Below are positions 14,628-27,833 of a stretch of 64,000 nucleotides of DNA, piece by piece. The notes under the pieces are model-generated. The model worked only from the letters and a program-made list of their open reading frames with translations. It was not told the origin of the DNA and did not search any database. The position numbers were made by a program, and so were the translations under genes. The stretch's first letter is position 1. Every line of letters starts with the position of its first letter. Source of the stretch: Styela clava (lineage: Eukaryota); NCBI RefSeq assembly GCF_964204865.1, contig NC_135258.1, forward strand, positions 10,044,001-10,108,000, written 5' to 3'.

Positions 14628-16587
14628 ATGAAGGTAATCGTAGCTGGTTTTCCTAAAACCAGGACAAAAACATTGAATTCTGCATTGACGAAACTTGGAT
14701 ACAAAGTGTACGACTACTCAGAAAATGCAATTTATTTGGGAGACGAGTGGAAGAAAATTTTAACAAAACGATGAACAATGAGGATTTCAATAAAATGTAC
14801 AAAAATGTTGATGCATTTGTTGATTTACCAACGTGTTATTTTGGGGAAGAAATCCATAAGGCTTTTCCAGACGCGAAGGTGCGTGATTGTTTTGCGAATT
14901 TTTTATTACATCGTCTATTTAAATCCTTATTTATACATATTTAATATAAGTTGAAACATAGCTTGAGTATATGAATGCTGTAGTAATATAAATATATTTA
15001 TATAGTATGAATTGATTAAAATTGGTTTAGTCGAAGAATAAAATAATTATTTTAATCAGAGACAAACATACAGAGGGTCCCAAAAGTTAATTGATTAATT
15101 AATTTGTGAGTAATATCTGTTAGCCTACATTGGGACCACCCTGCATTGCATATGTATCATTTATTGGACACGTAGTGGACATAGCGATCGTTTCAATATT
15201 ATGTTGTTATTGTTATTTGTCTCCGTCATTTTTAAAAAATCGCTTTTCTCTTCGAATACAGGACCAATTGCTTTGAAATTTTCAGTGGTTAAAGATAAAA
15301 TTTTTCTCCAGAAGGCTATTACTTTTTTTTCGCTATGACGTCATCACAATTATTGCCATTGGGTGGCGCTACGTCTTCATATATTTGAGCATAGCTCTCT
15401 TGTTCAATAATCAAATTTTCATCCATGGACGTGTGTTGTTAATTGAAGTTGCCAATATTTTATGGACGATGGATAACTATAATTTATTGACTGAATCTAG
15501 ATTCTAGACCAAGCAGTCTAATTTCATCACCATTTCAAAATATAAACAAAGGTTGATGGGATTTTGTTGTAGATAATCCTCAGTACACGAGAAAATGAAG
15601 ACGTCTGGTAAAGAAGCCCTGAAAATCAATTTAGAATATCGGAGAATCTAATATCGTACGTAATTTTAATGATACTTTCGCCAACTGCACGGAAAACGTT
15701 GACAGACTGCACGTACCCAGCATGTAAGTGACAACAAGTATATCCATTTGACTTATTGGAAGTGGATCTATAGATCGCTGTTAGTATTATGTTGTTGTTA
15801 GAATTCTTTTTCACGTTCTTGTTGTTAATCAAATTCGATTTTCGTGTTTTTCGCTTCCGTGTCCATATAGTCCGTTTCCATGCATTTGTGTATTGCTCTC
15901 TTGTTACGTAATTGCATGTTGGTCCTGTTGTTCGAATGCCATCAATTTTACGTAATGTAAAATAATGATGCAGATTTAGCATATGATACTTTGTAATTTT
16001 GTGTATTATAGCTCGGATTATGTTCGCGATTCCAAATATGCGAACGATCGGGTATAAACCTTTTAATAGAGAACTGCTCAAGTTGAAATATCGTGCACAT
16101 AACGCACACGTTTTACAGGTATGTATAATGAATTTATTTGAAAAATATCTGAAAATATTTTTACTGCATTACTTTCAATGTACTATGTCATGTAATCATT
16201 GCTGAATGCTTCGTTGACGACGATCACAACATACTCCATTTAGGATTTTGAGATATATATGACTTCATAATTAAGACGAGTTTTCGTATGTCTTTCAAGA
16301 TAATATTTTAAATTAATATTTATTATTTTATACAGAATGCACCCAAAGACAAACTGTTAGTTTACAAAGTGACGGAAGGTTGGGATCCACTTTGTGATTC
16401 TCTCGGTGTTTCAATCCCTAGTGAACCCTTTCCACATAAAAACAAAGGCGGAGATATCACCCAAGAGATTATAAGCACACATCAAATTATGCCTAAACTC
16501 AAGCAAGAAGTGATGGCTTCATACATACTTTTGACAGCAGGATTCGGAGTTAAGAGGATATTTGTTATACAAATTTGGTCTGAATAA
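14628..16587 (+). pseudogene. Sulfotransferase-like (PF17784-type) array copy 1, pseudogene
   Basis: MKVIVAGFPKTRTKTL has a P-loop G->R change. There is a TGG->TGA stop plus a frameshift in exon 1 (~14771) and a TAA in exon 2 (GTCTGGTAA ~15608). The 4-exon layout is retained. Confidence 0.85.
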
Positions 16588-17643
16588 AATTGCATTATTG
16601 ACTTGCAGAGCGTAACGTTGTAGTCTTACTTTATACCATGGTTATTAAAATCACATCCCTAACTAACTACAAGTTTGCATTATGTGTTTGAAACAACGAT
16701 TCGATTATTCTATCTATACTGACAAGTCACAAAAATCATGTTAAATGTTTCATAATAAAATGTTAAAAAGTATTATCTATTTTATTGGTATGTAAACAAA
16801 TGATTTATGATAAACAAAATGACGTTCTTATCGACAGTTGTTTATTGTTCACATGTGATTTATAGTTTTGAGTTTTATTACAACTTTGCTCCGAATAAAC
16901 CCTAGATCAGTTTTTTTTTTATTATTAATTTTATTTTATTTGGCTTCATCTGAAAAAAAAACGGATTATTTCTTCATGAGTTGCTGGATACCTACAATGC
17001 AATAAGTTCGCCAACAGATTCGATTTCTAGCCTTAGTCGTAAATCTCTCCGAAACTGACGCTGGAGTCCTGCAACAATGAAATTTCATGTATTACTCAGC
17101 ACACTGCTTTCCATGTTTTTAGGTAAAATTTCAACACTAGAAGCACAATTTTTGTAGTGACATTTATTAAAACTAACTATCATGAATTACACTCAATCAC
17201 TGATCGGATTCTAGTGATTTCGTGTTCATGGAACTCAGATTTGGGCCGCGCTCCAAAAAGATTTAAAAGCACTGCCCTAAAGTAAAGCATACAAGTGTAA
17301 GCATTTTCAGACGCAATGAAATTTTTTCTATTTTGTATAGCATATTACGAATCACGTTCTGCAAGCTTACATTTTACCCCGATTTTTCTAACCATCGATG
17401 CTAAATACATTTAGGTCAGTAACTCAATACCGAGTTATTCTGGCAGAGTGATATCGAAATATATATATATATAGGTGTCCAAATGCCTACCGAAGAGTAT
17501 ATTTCAGACAGCTTTTAAATGTGTATTTCATCGACAAAATTTGAACCAATATTAGCTTAATTTCGTAATGTTTGCTTACCACAGACGGCGTTATACTATA
17601 CCCGGAGGGCCAACTGCAATACCGTGTTGCAATAGCACTTAAG

Positions 17644-19848
17644 ATGAAGGTTATAGTTGCTGGATTTCCTAAAACAGGTACAAAGACCATAAACACAGTT
17701 TTAACTGAATTTGGATACAAGGTGTACGATTACCCTGAAAATGCTTTCGATTATGGAGATGACTGGGGACGAATATTTAAAGAAGGCTGGAGCGTAAGTG
17801 ATTTTCAGCGAATGTACAGAGATGTAGATGCTGTTGTTGACGTGCCATGTTCCTATTTCTGGGAGGAAATCCACAAAGCATTTCCAGATGCAAAGGTAAG
17901 ATTTGGAGAAATAATAAAGTAGGTGATTTCTTTCTTACATGCAAAAATGGGAGGGCCATTGGGTCAGCCACAGATCCAAGCTCGCGTTATTACATATATT
18001 TTTCTGTATGTGTTTTTATCTAAAAGCTAAATTTACGTGTATAGTCTTGAATGTTCACGCCTCTGCATGCATACCTGACGAGCTAACAACATGCGTGGTT
18101 CATTGTATCGGGATATGATATATTATAATGGTAAGTATATACCGATATATAAAGGAATACTGATGTAGATATATAAAAAGAGTTATAATATGTTTCTTAA
18201 TGATTTGTCATGAGTCAGTTACTGCTACTTAGCCTTGGGCAGTTGGCGAATGAAAGTGAAGAACATTAATATTTTTCAGTGATAAAACTTTCCTAACTTG
18301 AAAATGTATTGTACTCCTTTTTTGCGAAATGAATATTTTCAGTCCATTTAAAGGCAAAATTTGGTAGATGCTTCGCGAACCTTTCCGATTCCGATACGTT
18401 ACTCGCTGCTGCAATGAGTACGTATTTTGCAAATGTTGACGTTTCTAATAAAACAAGCTGCATATTTGTGTCATTCCATAAATGGTGCTAAAGGAAAAAT
18501 TAATCTTAAATCAAAACTCTATATAGTTCATTCGAGTAAACATTTAGGCTGCCACAAATCTCACAGACAAATGCGATAATCCCTGTTAACATGAAAATAA
18601 TTCATTCCGTAAATAGCTTGGCAAATAGTTGATGAGTATATTTAGGGTACTCGTCAGTATTTGTTGCCCGAATGAATAAATAATGCATGTGGCACGCATA
18701 TATTGGTACTGATCATAAACTTGAAATGGCTCGCTTATAATTAAGTTGTATTTTGTCGACTAAAAAATGCAAATCTTGTTATAAACAAAATAATTTTAAC
18801 ATGCCTGTCTGAACTTATCCATAATTGATTAAAAAATGGAATCAACATAATTCAGATCATTCTATCAATTCGTGAAAATGAAGAAGCATGGTTGAAAAGT
18901 TTAGAGAATCAAATGAAGATGATAGATTTTAACATGTTAGGATTAATGCAACACCTTTCACCTACATTCAGAAAGTTGGAACGTAATATGGATCTTAATT
19001 TCTGTGAGTTTAAAATTACACGGACCGTTGTACATTTTACGGCTAATAATAGAAGAAATAAAATAAAAAATCGAAAAAAATTGAATTATATATGGTTCAA
19101 ATCGGCAGATAACAAAATGCAAATTGAAAATCAATTTTTCATTTAGACCTATACGTATTGTTTTATTTGGAGTTGTTCTTTTTCTACAGCTCCAGCTATG
19201 TTTGGTATCTCAGACATACGAGATATAGGGCGTAAACCATACAACAAGGAATTGCTGAAGCTTAAATATCGTGCTCATAACGCGCATGTCATTCAGGTAT
19301 TATCATTTAGATTTTAAACAGCATGGAATATTTTATACATCTAAGCCGGCCCCTGTATCAATTTATTCACTCAATATCAATTTTACCTCACCTTTGCTAT
19401 ATCCTGCGCTTAAGTGTGACATGAAAATTTATACGAATCATTCAACTTATACTTTAAACGATACTGTATGTATTGAAATACCAAACACAGCCTGTTTTTT
19501 TTTTATCTGGCTCCAACAAACTTTTGTCTAAAAATACAGAATGCACCATCGGACAAGCTTCTCATTTACAAAGTCACTGATGGTTGGGATCCTATTTGTA
19601 AATTTCTTGGAGTTCCTGTTCCTAACAAACCATTCCCGCACAAAAATAAAGGTGGAAAATATGTTATTGATATTATAAACTCTCATCCATATGCTAGAAA
19701 GATGGAGAAAGAACTGTTGCTGTCATTACTAGCTTCTGCCACCATGATTGGAATCGGCGGTTATATGGTGTATAAAATCGGTTTCTCAAACCTTCGAGAA
19801 ACATCCATGAACTTGTTTACAAGTGCACAATCCTACTTTTGTGAATAA
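17644..19848 (+). CDS. Sulfotransferase-like (PF17784-type) array copy 2, intact, ~271 aa, C-terminal TM anchor
   Basis: Exons 17644-17895, 18856-19003, 19190-19296, 19540-19848 join in frame. Motifs: MKVIVAGFPKTGTKT (5'-PSB-like P-loop), DAVVDVP..FWEEIHKAFPDAKIILSIR..W..S (3'-PB-like), YRAHNAHV, GWDPICKFLGVPVP..PFPHKN, then hydrophobic tail LLLSLLASATMIGIGGYMVY. Confidence 0.88.
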
Positions 19849-20202
19849 AGTTTATCAACAAAGTAAATTCGAAATGATTTGTAGTATATCGCTTTTTTGA
19901 ACAAATTAAATTAATTTACCATTGCAACTTTGAGAGTATTGTCTTTTTACAGTGTTTTCGCCATAGTTGGCGCTTACAAACTGGCCCACTTGTTCAACCA
20001 CTTGTCACTTAAAAGTATTTTTGACGACACTTATTTTTGTCTTTTAAATGCTGTTATTTGATATTGCTGCTATATTTTGTATTTTAACGTTGGAGACACC
20101 GAGGGCGTTATGGCACTGTCAATCTTTTTTTGTTAATATGTTAGGCTCGGCTGAGGGTTGGCAGCAATGCAGCTGTAGTTGTTTTAGTTAGATGATCTAG
20201 AG

Positions 20203-21153
20203 CAGGGGTCACCAATCTTTTCGAGGCCGAGGGCTACTTTCTGGGTACAAATTAAGCCGCGGGCTACCAATTCAATGTACACTTCTAAAAAAAAAGCGGC
20301 TGTGTGGCCATCGTTAGTGTGCTAAGTGTTAGATTCGCAGGTTAGAATCCCATGCATGGAGATTGCTGCCCCCCTCGCCGCCGTTGGGATGGCTTCCTTC
20401 GCCATCAAGTACATGCTTACAAAAAACTAAATAATCCCATATTCGACATGAAATGGTAACCGGACGAAAGGCCTTTGTTCGCCATATGGTTGAGCCGTCT
20501 TATCGGCTATCTTCTCCCCCGGGATAAATATGTAAATCCCATCCTATCCTGAGTTTATGTCAAAAATGTTGATTCACAAAGATAGGTTGAACGAAACAAT
20601 GGTCTCGTAAAATAGAATTGCTGTATGATTTGAATCGCGAGCTTTTTCTGCCCATATTGCGCTGACCAGTGGATAGTTAGAGCGGTAGATTGCGTGACAA
20701 GCCATGAAATATCTTTTTTGCTTTGCTGTCGCTCCATCGCCCCACAAATGAGACACGCGCAGGCTGTTTTCATGGTGGGTTTTTATCGTTTTTCAGCCAT
20801 TTTCTTTGGAATCAATAATTATATTATTGCTGCTCCACAGACCAACGGACAAGAAAAAGCGCGGGTTCGTGGTAAGTGATATCAGTGTGATGTCATAATT
20901 GGAAGAGTGTTAATTGACCCGTCACGTTACTGAGGTCAAATAAAAATCAGGTTGATGGCTATAATAATTAATATAGTGCCATTCCCGATTCCCATATAAG
21001 TGTGATTTATACAAGAATAGCAGGACAAAATTTAATTGATGTAGCTTACTCATAAGCGCCGTTATTAAGCTTAGTTTGGAACAGATCTGCGGGTGACTCA
21101 TATGGTCTTCACGGGCGACTTGGTGCCCGCGGGCAACGCGTTGGTGATCCCTG
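20203..21153. mobile_element. hAT (Buster/Charlie-type) non-autonomous element containing a nested SINE
   Basis: TIRs CAGGGGTCACCAA / TTGGTGATCCCTG. The 8-bp TSD ATCTAGAG/ATCTAGGG fits the Charlie-type NTCTAGAN target. Confidence 0.85.
20296..20550 (+). mobile_element. tRNA-headed SINE copy, nested in the hAT element
   Basis: B-box-like GGTTAGAATCCC and a 3' tail GGGATAAATATGTAAATCCCATCCTATCCT shared with copies at 49428-49742(-), ~51430-51545 and 59710-59890. Confidence 0.7.
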
Positions 21154-21779
21154 ATCTAGGGTCTTTTAAGTCTGTAAAATTGTTTATGGTTCTTAAGTAA
21201 GTTACCGAGTGTGCTTATTTCGGATTTTATGACTATTAGATTAGGATAGGTTTAGATATTGTAATGTTAGTCAATACCTGGTGTACCGGATTTTCTGCCC
21301 TCTTTTGAAGTTGTCCTATATTTCAGGGTTTGTCTTTAGTTTTTCATTGTATATATTGTTTTCTTACATCGTGATGCCTCGTGTTTGATATTTTCATTGT
21401 ACCTTTCTGTTCTGCTAATTTGATTGGAGTATTTAGTTGCATTATGTTTTCAGATTGATAACACTGTTTTTTTTTTGTTCACATTTACGCATGTTAGAGC
21501 ATTTTAGAAGAAATAGGTAGAGGTAAAATGCTGTGTGGAATACGTTTTTTTTTGCTTATGGACCGGGTTAACTTTCAAAAGTGTTTGATCTTTAGTCATT
21601 GATTTATTTTATTTTTTTTACAATTCGTTTCGTGTAGAATCTTGCAATCTTGTTTGTTTTTTAATCATGGCAACGTGTTCGTTGATAATTTTGCCTTTTT
21701 GTTTATTCTATCTTCTGTGTAAGTTAATTGATGAATATTTTTCCTTATTATTCTTTTGTGAGTAAATGAGATGGCTTCA

Positions 21780-23074
21780 TTTAGAAGACATCCATTAGCA
21801 ACAAAGATACCTCCAGTTTCAAAGGATATGAAGAAGGAGGAATGGATTTTGAAGATCATGCTCTACATCAATTTTCCCAAAGGGAGTTGAATGATTTAGT
21901 TCGCAACCTCAGATTGCCAAAAGACTCTGCCAAACTGTTGGCTTCCAGGTTGAAGGAAATAATCTCCTTTCTGACAGTACTTACATCAGCTTCTTCTGCA
22001 ACAGGCATAAAGAATACCTCCATTTTTTCTCGGAAGAAAAGTATTTGGTTTACTGTGCCGATCCGATATTGTGCAGCTTTTGCTCAAGCTTAGAGTGCCA
22101 CATCACGGTGGGAGGAACTGGTGCATTGCAAGGAAAGGAGCGTCATCAATAACCGTCTGGTTGAATACTCTTCCCTCCATTGTTCATTTAAGCTCGTAAG
22201 CTTCACTTACATGTGCCAGGCTTTTAACCTTAAATTAGTGCATGACACTTATGTGTAATATAAATATGGCTCTAATATGATTGGTCAGTAAGAGTTTATA
22301 TTTTTATGTATACGTCTTATCGTGGACGTATGTCAAAACAAAAGCAATAAGATATTTTTGCGTCGTTTTCAAGCATGATATATGCTTGTCCGGGCGTTTG
22401 TGACCCCGGTTGCGCTTCACTTTTCTTTAACATATTTTAAATTCTACGAGTTTTAAATCTGTAAGTATTCAAAAGCTAAGAAATATGCAATGAATCTGTT
22501 ATTACTTGAAGAAAGTAATTTGAGCGAGTTCACAATCGTTTTTGGCGCGTAAACAAGCTTGTAATCATTACCCGCACAGAAATAAACGAACAAAGAGTGC
22601 ATTCGCTCGAAACAGCTATAGCGAAAACATTCGCCCTTTGTATCTTGAATTTTTTGCGTTGCGTTTCGCTCCAGACGGCCACTCTTATCTCGTTGTCTGT
22701 TAGATGTCTGGTCCATCTGGCATGTATTTATCACTCCGATTTGAAATACAAAACTTTTTTCAATATTTTCCATTACTTTTCTTTTTCAATGTCCACCATT
22801 CAGCTTTTATTAATCGATGTTTCCATCTCGTAATCAATATATATTGTTGAACAACGAATTTTTTTCTTTTTTTAATATGTGTGCTGACAAAATGACGTCA
22901 TAATGACACAAAAATGTAATCAATTTTGTCAATCGGGCTGATTTTTTAAAACGCACAAACTTGACCTGATGGAGAGAAACGGATGTTATTCTCGGATTCA
23001 GCAGTGCCAAAATACCCCAAATCAGTTGCAAAAATTCAAACAACATTCGAAAAGTAAAAAAAAATTGGCCAGTG
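21780..23074 (+). mobile_element. Degenerate DDE-transposase remnant (recalled as TcMar-m44-like) with putative right end ...CCAGTG|TA
   Basis: Frameshifted peptides FSQRELNDLVRNLRLPKDSAKLLASRLKE, NLLSDSTYISFFCNRHKEYLHFFSEEKYLVYCAD and a degraded V.N.LV...LFPPL..KL motif (~22140-22195). The family assignment is from memory of similar invertebrate transposases. Confidence 0.55.
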
Positions 23075-23331
23075 TAAATAATAAATCGCATTAATTGAAG
23101 GAAATATTGAGAAGATTGACATCAGACCATATCAGAAGATACTTTGGACTATTGGAAGATTCATTTATTCAGACGGTACGCTACATATTGATAGCTTAAT
23201 TTAGCCAACTCAATCGTCGATTTTTAGCGACTTAGATTTTGAATACGACAAGCATACTAAAACTAACTATCTATATCAAAACCACCCAAACCAGATATTG
23301 TTTACCATTACGCCCGAAAATCTGTCTGGAG

Positions 23332-23400
23332 CAGGGTTCACCAAACTACGGCCCGCGGGCCGGATCCGCCCGTGGCGTCCTTTCATTTGGCCCGCAATAA
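23332..23400 (+). mobile_element. hAT-type terminal fragment
   Basis: CAGGGTTCACCAAACTACGGCCCGCGGGCCGGATCCG, typical of Charlie/Buster left ends; no matching right end found. Confidence 0.55.
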
Positions 23401-23884
23401 CATAAAAAAATGGCGCATTTTTTTCCAAGATATGTATCCCCGAGCATCGACTTCTTTGTTTATTTCGTAACATTGGCCAATCAGCGAGATGCAAAACTTG
23501 ACCTAACAATAGACCTTTTCGCATCCGCTCTAGATTTTCAGTTGTGGTTTCAAATAATATCTCGTTTTCGCGATTTTGAATGCTATTCGTTAGTTTTTGG
23601 TCGTGATTCAGAAATTTAAGTATTAATCAAATAAGTCAATCATTTTTTTTCCTTCATAGGAGTTGTAGTTTAATCGCGGTAATCAAAAATTGTCTAGAAA
23701 TAGTTGTGATAAAATAGGCTAACATTATATACCGGAACGCAGCGTTTCTGCAAAGGTTGCACTCGTACACTCGTGGCGCGTGCTTTCGTCGAAACTGTTG
23801 CTGTGTACGTTTCTCGTGCTGAAATAAACGTCGAACGTGCATTTTGCGCTAATAGTGCAAATCACATTAACTTTTGTACTTTAG

Positions 23885-25225
23885 TAATTTCCCAAAACGG
23901 AAACAAAAATATTGAACGAGGCTTTATCCATACTCGGATATAATGTGTATGACCATCACGAAAATGCTTTTAATTTTGGCGAACAGTGGGGTGAAATATT
24001 CCGCAAAGGTTGGACCACTGATGATTTTAAGCGAATGTACAGTGGAGTAGATGCTGTCGTTGATGTACCATGCTGTTATTTCTGGGAAAAAATTCACAAA
24101 GCTATTCCTGTTGCAATGGTAAGAAAATACGTGATGTTTGTTTCTTCATTTGCGGTTCAACGGGTCGGCGTATAGCGAAACTTATAAATTTACTTTTTGT
24201 AACAGTTATCACACTTTAAAATAACCCCTTTTCTAAAGGCATTTGAGGGGTATAATAAGTCAGCAAATACGATTTTCTTGGTCGCACTTAGCTTGAAAAT
24301 GGTTTTCATGTTTTACAACATTATAAGATAATATGTACATGCGTGAAATCTTGCCATTTTGATTTGCCATAACTCGGAAATAGTGGGAGTTTTTTTTCAC
24401 AAAGATTTGTCTTCGGATTTGATATATTTTCACTAAGAATTTCTGCAGATTGTTTTGTCACTGCGAGAAAGTGATGAGGTTTGGTTAAAAGGTTTCGAGA
24501 ATCAGATGAAAGTCGGAGGAAACAACATTGTTCTAACTGTGATGAATTATCTCTCGCCGACATCAAGAAAAATGGGGACTAATGTGGGATATCCGTTATG
24601 TAGGTACTTCGTAAATTATATAGGCGACTGAATATCGTGAAAAAAGCATGTACATATTTGATTTGCATCCATATCCAACATCGAAATATACCAATAGATG
24701 ATACTAACGGCATTTCCGATTACTTTGAAGCTATCACAATATTCGGAATCTCAGACATACCGTACGTTTGATTGATGTCAACCTTACAATAAGGAGTTGT
24801 TGAAACTGAAATATCGTGCACATAACGCTTACGTAATGCAGGTAAATATTAGGAAATAATACCTTCTCATTTCTGACTAATTCTACATGAGTTTATATCA
24901 TCACTGTGATATTGAATATTTTCTAATGTAGAATACACCCCCTGAAAAATTACTTATTTACGAGGTGACGGAGGGCTGGAAACCTCTGTGTGATTTTCTT
25001 GGAGTCCCGATACCGGATGAAGATTTCCCACATAAAAATAAGGATAAGGGTGGAGAAATCCTAAAAGAAACTATGAAAAATCACCCAATTATGCAAAAGA
25101 TGAAACAAGAAATATTGATATCATCGCTACTTTTTACAACTTTTCTTGGCATCGGTGGATATCTTGTTTACAATAATGGTTTAATGAACATGTTCAATTC
25201 ACTAACTGATGCACTCAAGCGCTAA
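23885..25225 (+). pseudogene. Sulfotransferase-like array copy 3, pseudogene
   Basis: The start and first codons are lost and the P-loop is degenerate (FPKTETKIL). Exon 3 has a TGA/frameshift (~24768). Exons 2 and 4 remain recognisable (EGWKPLCDFLGVPIPDEDFPHKN + TM tail). Confidence 0.82.
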
Positions 25226-25565
25226 AACAATTTTAAAAAGAGTCATTTTCAGAGATTCACGCTAAGAGGTTCATGTAGCATGTGTTTGTTTGCCTCCTAA
25301 TTTCAGATCACATCTAATTTTAGATAAGATTTAGCAAATATGTGTATGAAGGAGTTCCCTCGACCGAGCGCAGCACGGCCTTTGTTTGGAGCACAATATA
25401 TATAATGGTTCTATATTTGCCTCCAGCTTTAATGATTGGGAGGAGTGTGGCCTATTGTATTCTATTCTGTTTCTAGCATATTTCTTGGTTATATTTACTT
25501 TTCTTGAAAAAATGCCATTTTCTTATAACTATATTTGAATTTGAATAATTCAAACGGATCACACA

Positions 25566-25599
<34 letters not shown>

Positions 25600-26375
25600 A
25601 GATGTCTGATTTTAAATGTCAAATCTAAGACTAATGATTACTTTCAACATATTATTATGTGAATGTTTTTCTTAAAAGTGAGTGAATATATTGAAAGAAT
25701 TTATTTAAACGCACGACAACAAATTGTCACAGATGTTGTAGTCACGTTCATCACGAATATTTCAATCAAGCACAGCGTTTTGATTTATTGAACTACATGT
25801 AAAGATTTCTAAAACAAGTGAATTACATCGTTACGGAAATGTAACGTTTCAGAAACATAGGCGGATCAAACAAAATTTTTGAAATATGTACAGCAGTGCG
25901 AAAGCTACTTAGTTCATAACTTATGTGTGAATGAAATCATATCAAATGTGTTCTTTGGAGCGAATTACGAGATTACAACGTCATAAGTAATTTTGTTTGC
26001 CCAATTCAGAAAGTAAAGGGAACACACCTGTAATCCCCATAGTTGCTCGTACAGTCTATTTCAAGCAAGTGTGTGAGCAAAGAACCTCTGTCGGCTATAC
26101 CGGGTTGTAGCCATTTTCAATACACCTCTCAGTGACTTGAATTGAAAATAATTTCAGAGAGGAACTCGTCGCCCGGCACAGCGAGTTGGTTTTGTACTCT
26201 GCATATAGCGCTTCCCCAAGCTATGCAACGATACCAAAATTTGAAAAAAAACATCAGCTGAGTGAATATTGTGGTCGGAAATCAAGCAAGTTGACAGCAG
26301 AAAATCAAGTTGACGACAGTTAGTTGAAGCCCAAATCTAATTAAATACATTTCAAAATTACGCACACTCTACAAT

Positions 26376-26947
26376 ATGAAAGTCATAGTATCTGGATTTC
26401 ACAAAACCGAAACGAAAACGTTGAATGAGGCGCTAACAATACTTGGATACAAGGTCTGCGATTATTTCGAAAATGCGCATGATTAGGCTGACGAATGGGG
26501 GAAAATATTTCTCGTAGGTTGGACTACTAACGATTTTAAGCAAATGTACAAGAAGGCAGAAGCTGTCGTCGATGTACCTTGCTGTTATTTCTGGGAGGAC
26601 AGTCCATTCTTTTATCTTATAATGTTTATTTCATCGAATATTTGTGAATACAGAACGCATCGCCAGATAAACTTTTAGTTTACAAAGTCACGGAAGGTTG
26701 GAAACCACTTTGTGATTTTCTCGGAGTTCCAGTGCCCAGGGATGATTTCCCTCACAAAAATAAAGGCAGAGAAATTTTCAAAATAAACATGGAGAAACAT
26801 CCGGTTATCCAAAAATGTAAACGAGAGGGGATTAGAACGTCGTTACTTCTTGCAACGACTGTTAGCGTTGGATATATTGTTCACAAATATGGTTTATGGA
26901 ATATTTATCGATCGGTCGCCGACGCAATAACTCTTCCGTGGATCTAA
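26376..26947 (+). pseudogene. Sulfotransferase-like array copy 4, internally deleted pseudogene
   Basis: MKVIVSGFHKTETKTL with an in-frame TAG at ~26484. Exon 1 breaks off at FWE (~26598) and runs directly into intron-3-like sequence and exon 4 (26654-26947). Exons 2-3 are missing. Confidence 0.85.
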
Positions 26948-27833
26948 CTTGGAACTACACAATCTCATTGTTACTATCTGTTATTCTTTAAGATTTGGAA
27001 ATATTCAGATTCAGAATAATATAGTTCTTGTGTATATTGCAGCTTTACAATTTCGTGAATAGATATGGTCGTTTTCCGGATTTTTTTTATAAATATTATA
27101 AATAATACGTGTGATCAGAAGCTAATAATAAATCTATGTAAAGAAACATATCATACATACGAGTATATACATGGAGTAATGCTATTTTGAAGACGATATC
27201 ATTTATATTATTATGGTTTGTTCTTGATTTGTCTTATTCTTCTATTGAACTTCAGGAGTTTAGCAAATTATTGTTTAAGGTTGATTGTTAAATCTATATA
27301 TATTCATAACAAATAATACACATTGACATAGCCGTACACAAGCATTTGAAATGAATATGATTGATATTCTTATATATCATCGCTCATTAGAGTGGAGAAA
27401 CATTTCTGCAAGACCCAACAGGTAGCAGCCAAACTATTTGTTCGAATGTTTGGTCATCGGTGGTATCCACTCCAGCCTTTTTCGTTAATCCGCTCATGTA
27501 TTTTTCACTGTCTTCTGGTACAACCGGCGGAAAATAATGACCTAAAATTGCTCTGTAATATATATTAAAATTAATTTTGAAAACAAATAGTATTCTCATT
27601 TTTCACTTTTTAAACCGGTTATATATGAGTTAATATTCATGAAGGCCGAAATCGTGCACGTTTATACTATTCCTATTTTTGTAGACGAAAGTCCAAAGAA
27701 ACTATTTGCCGACGTAATAGTTTTCTCGCTCAAAAGCGTGTCTAAATACACTTTGAAAGCAAACACTCAATCGTAGTTTCTCGATAGCACGGGACACACT
27801 ACACTTAGTCTTATAATTCGTTCGACCTTCAAG

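Noticed and set aside
17572-17643. N-terminal extensions of sulfotransferase copies 2, 6 and 7 suggested by the ORF track
   Set aside because: They begin at non-ATG codons and are not conserved; the paralogs with an intact 5' end align from MKVI.
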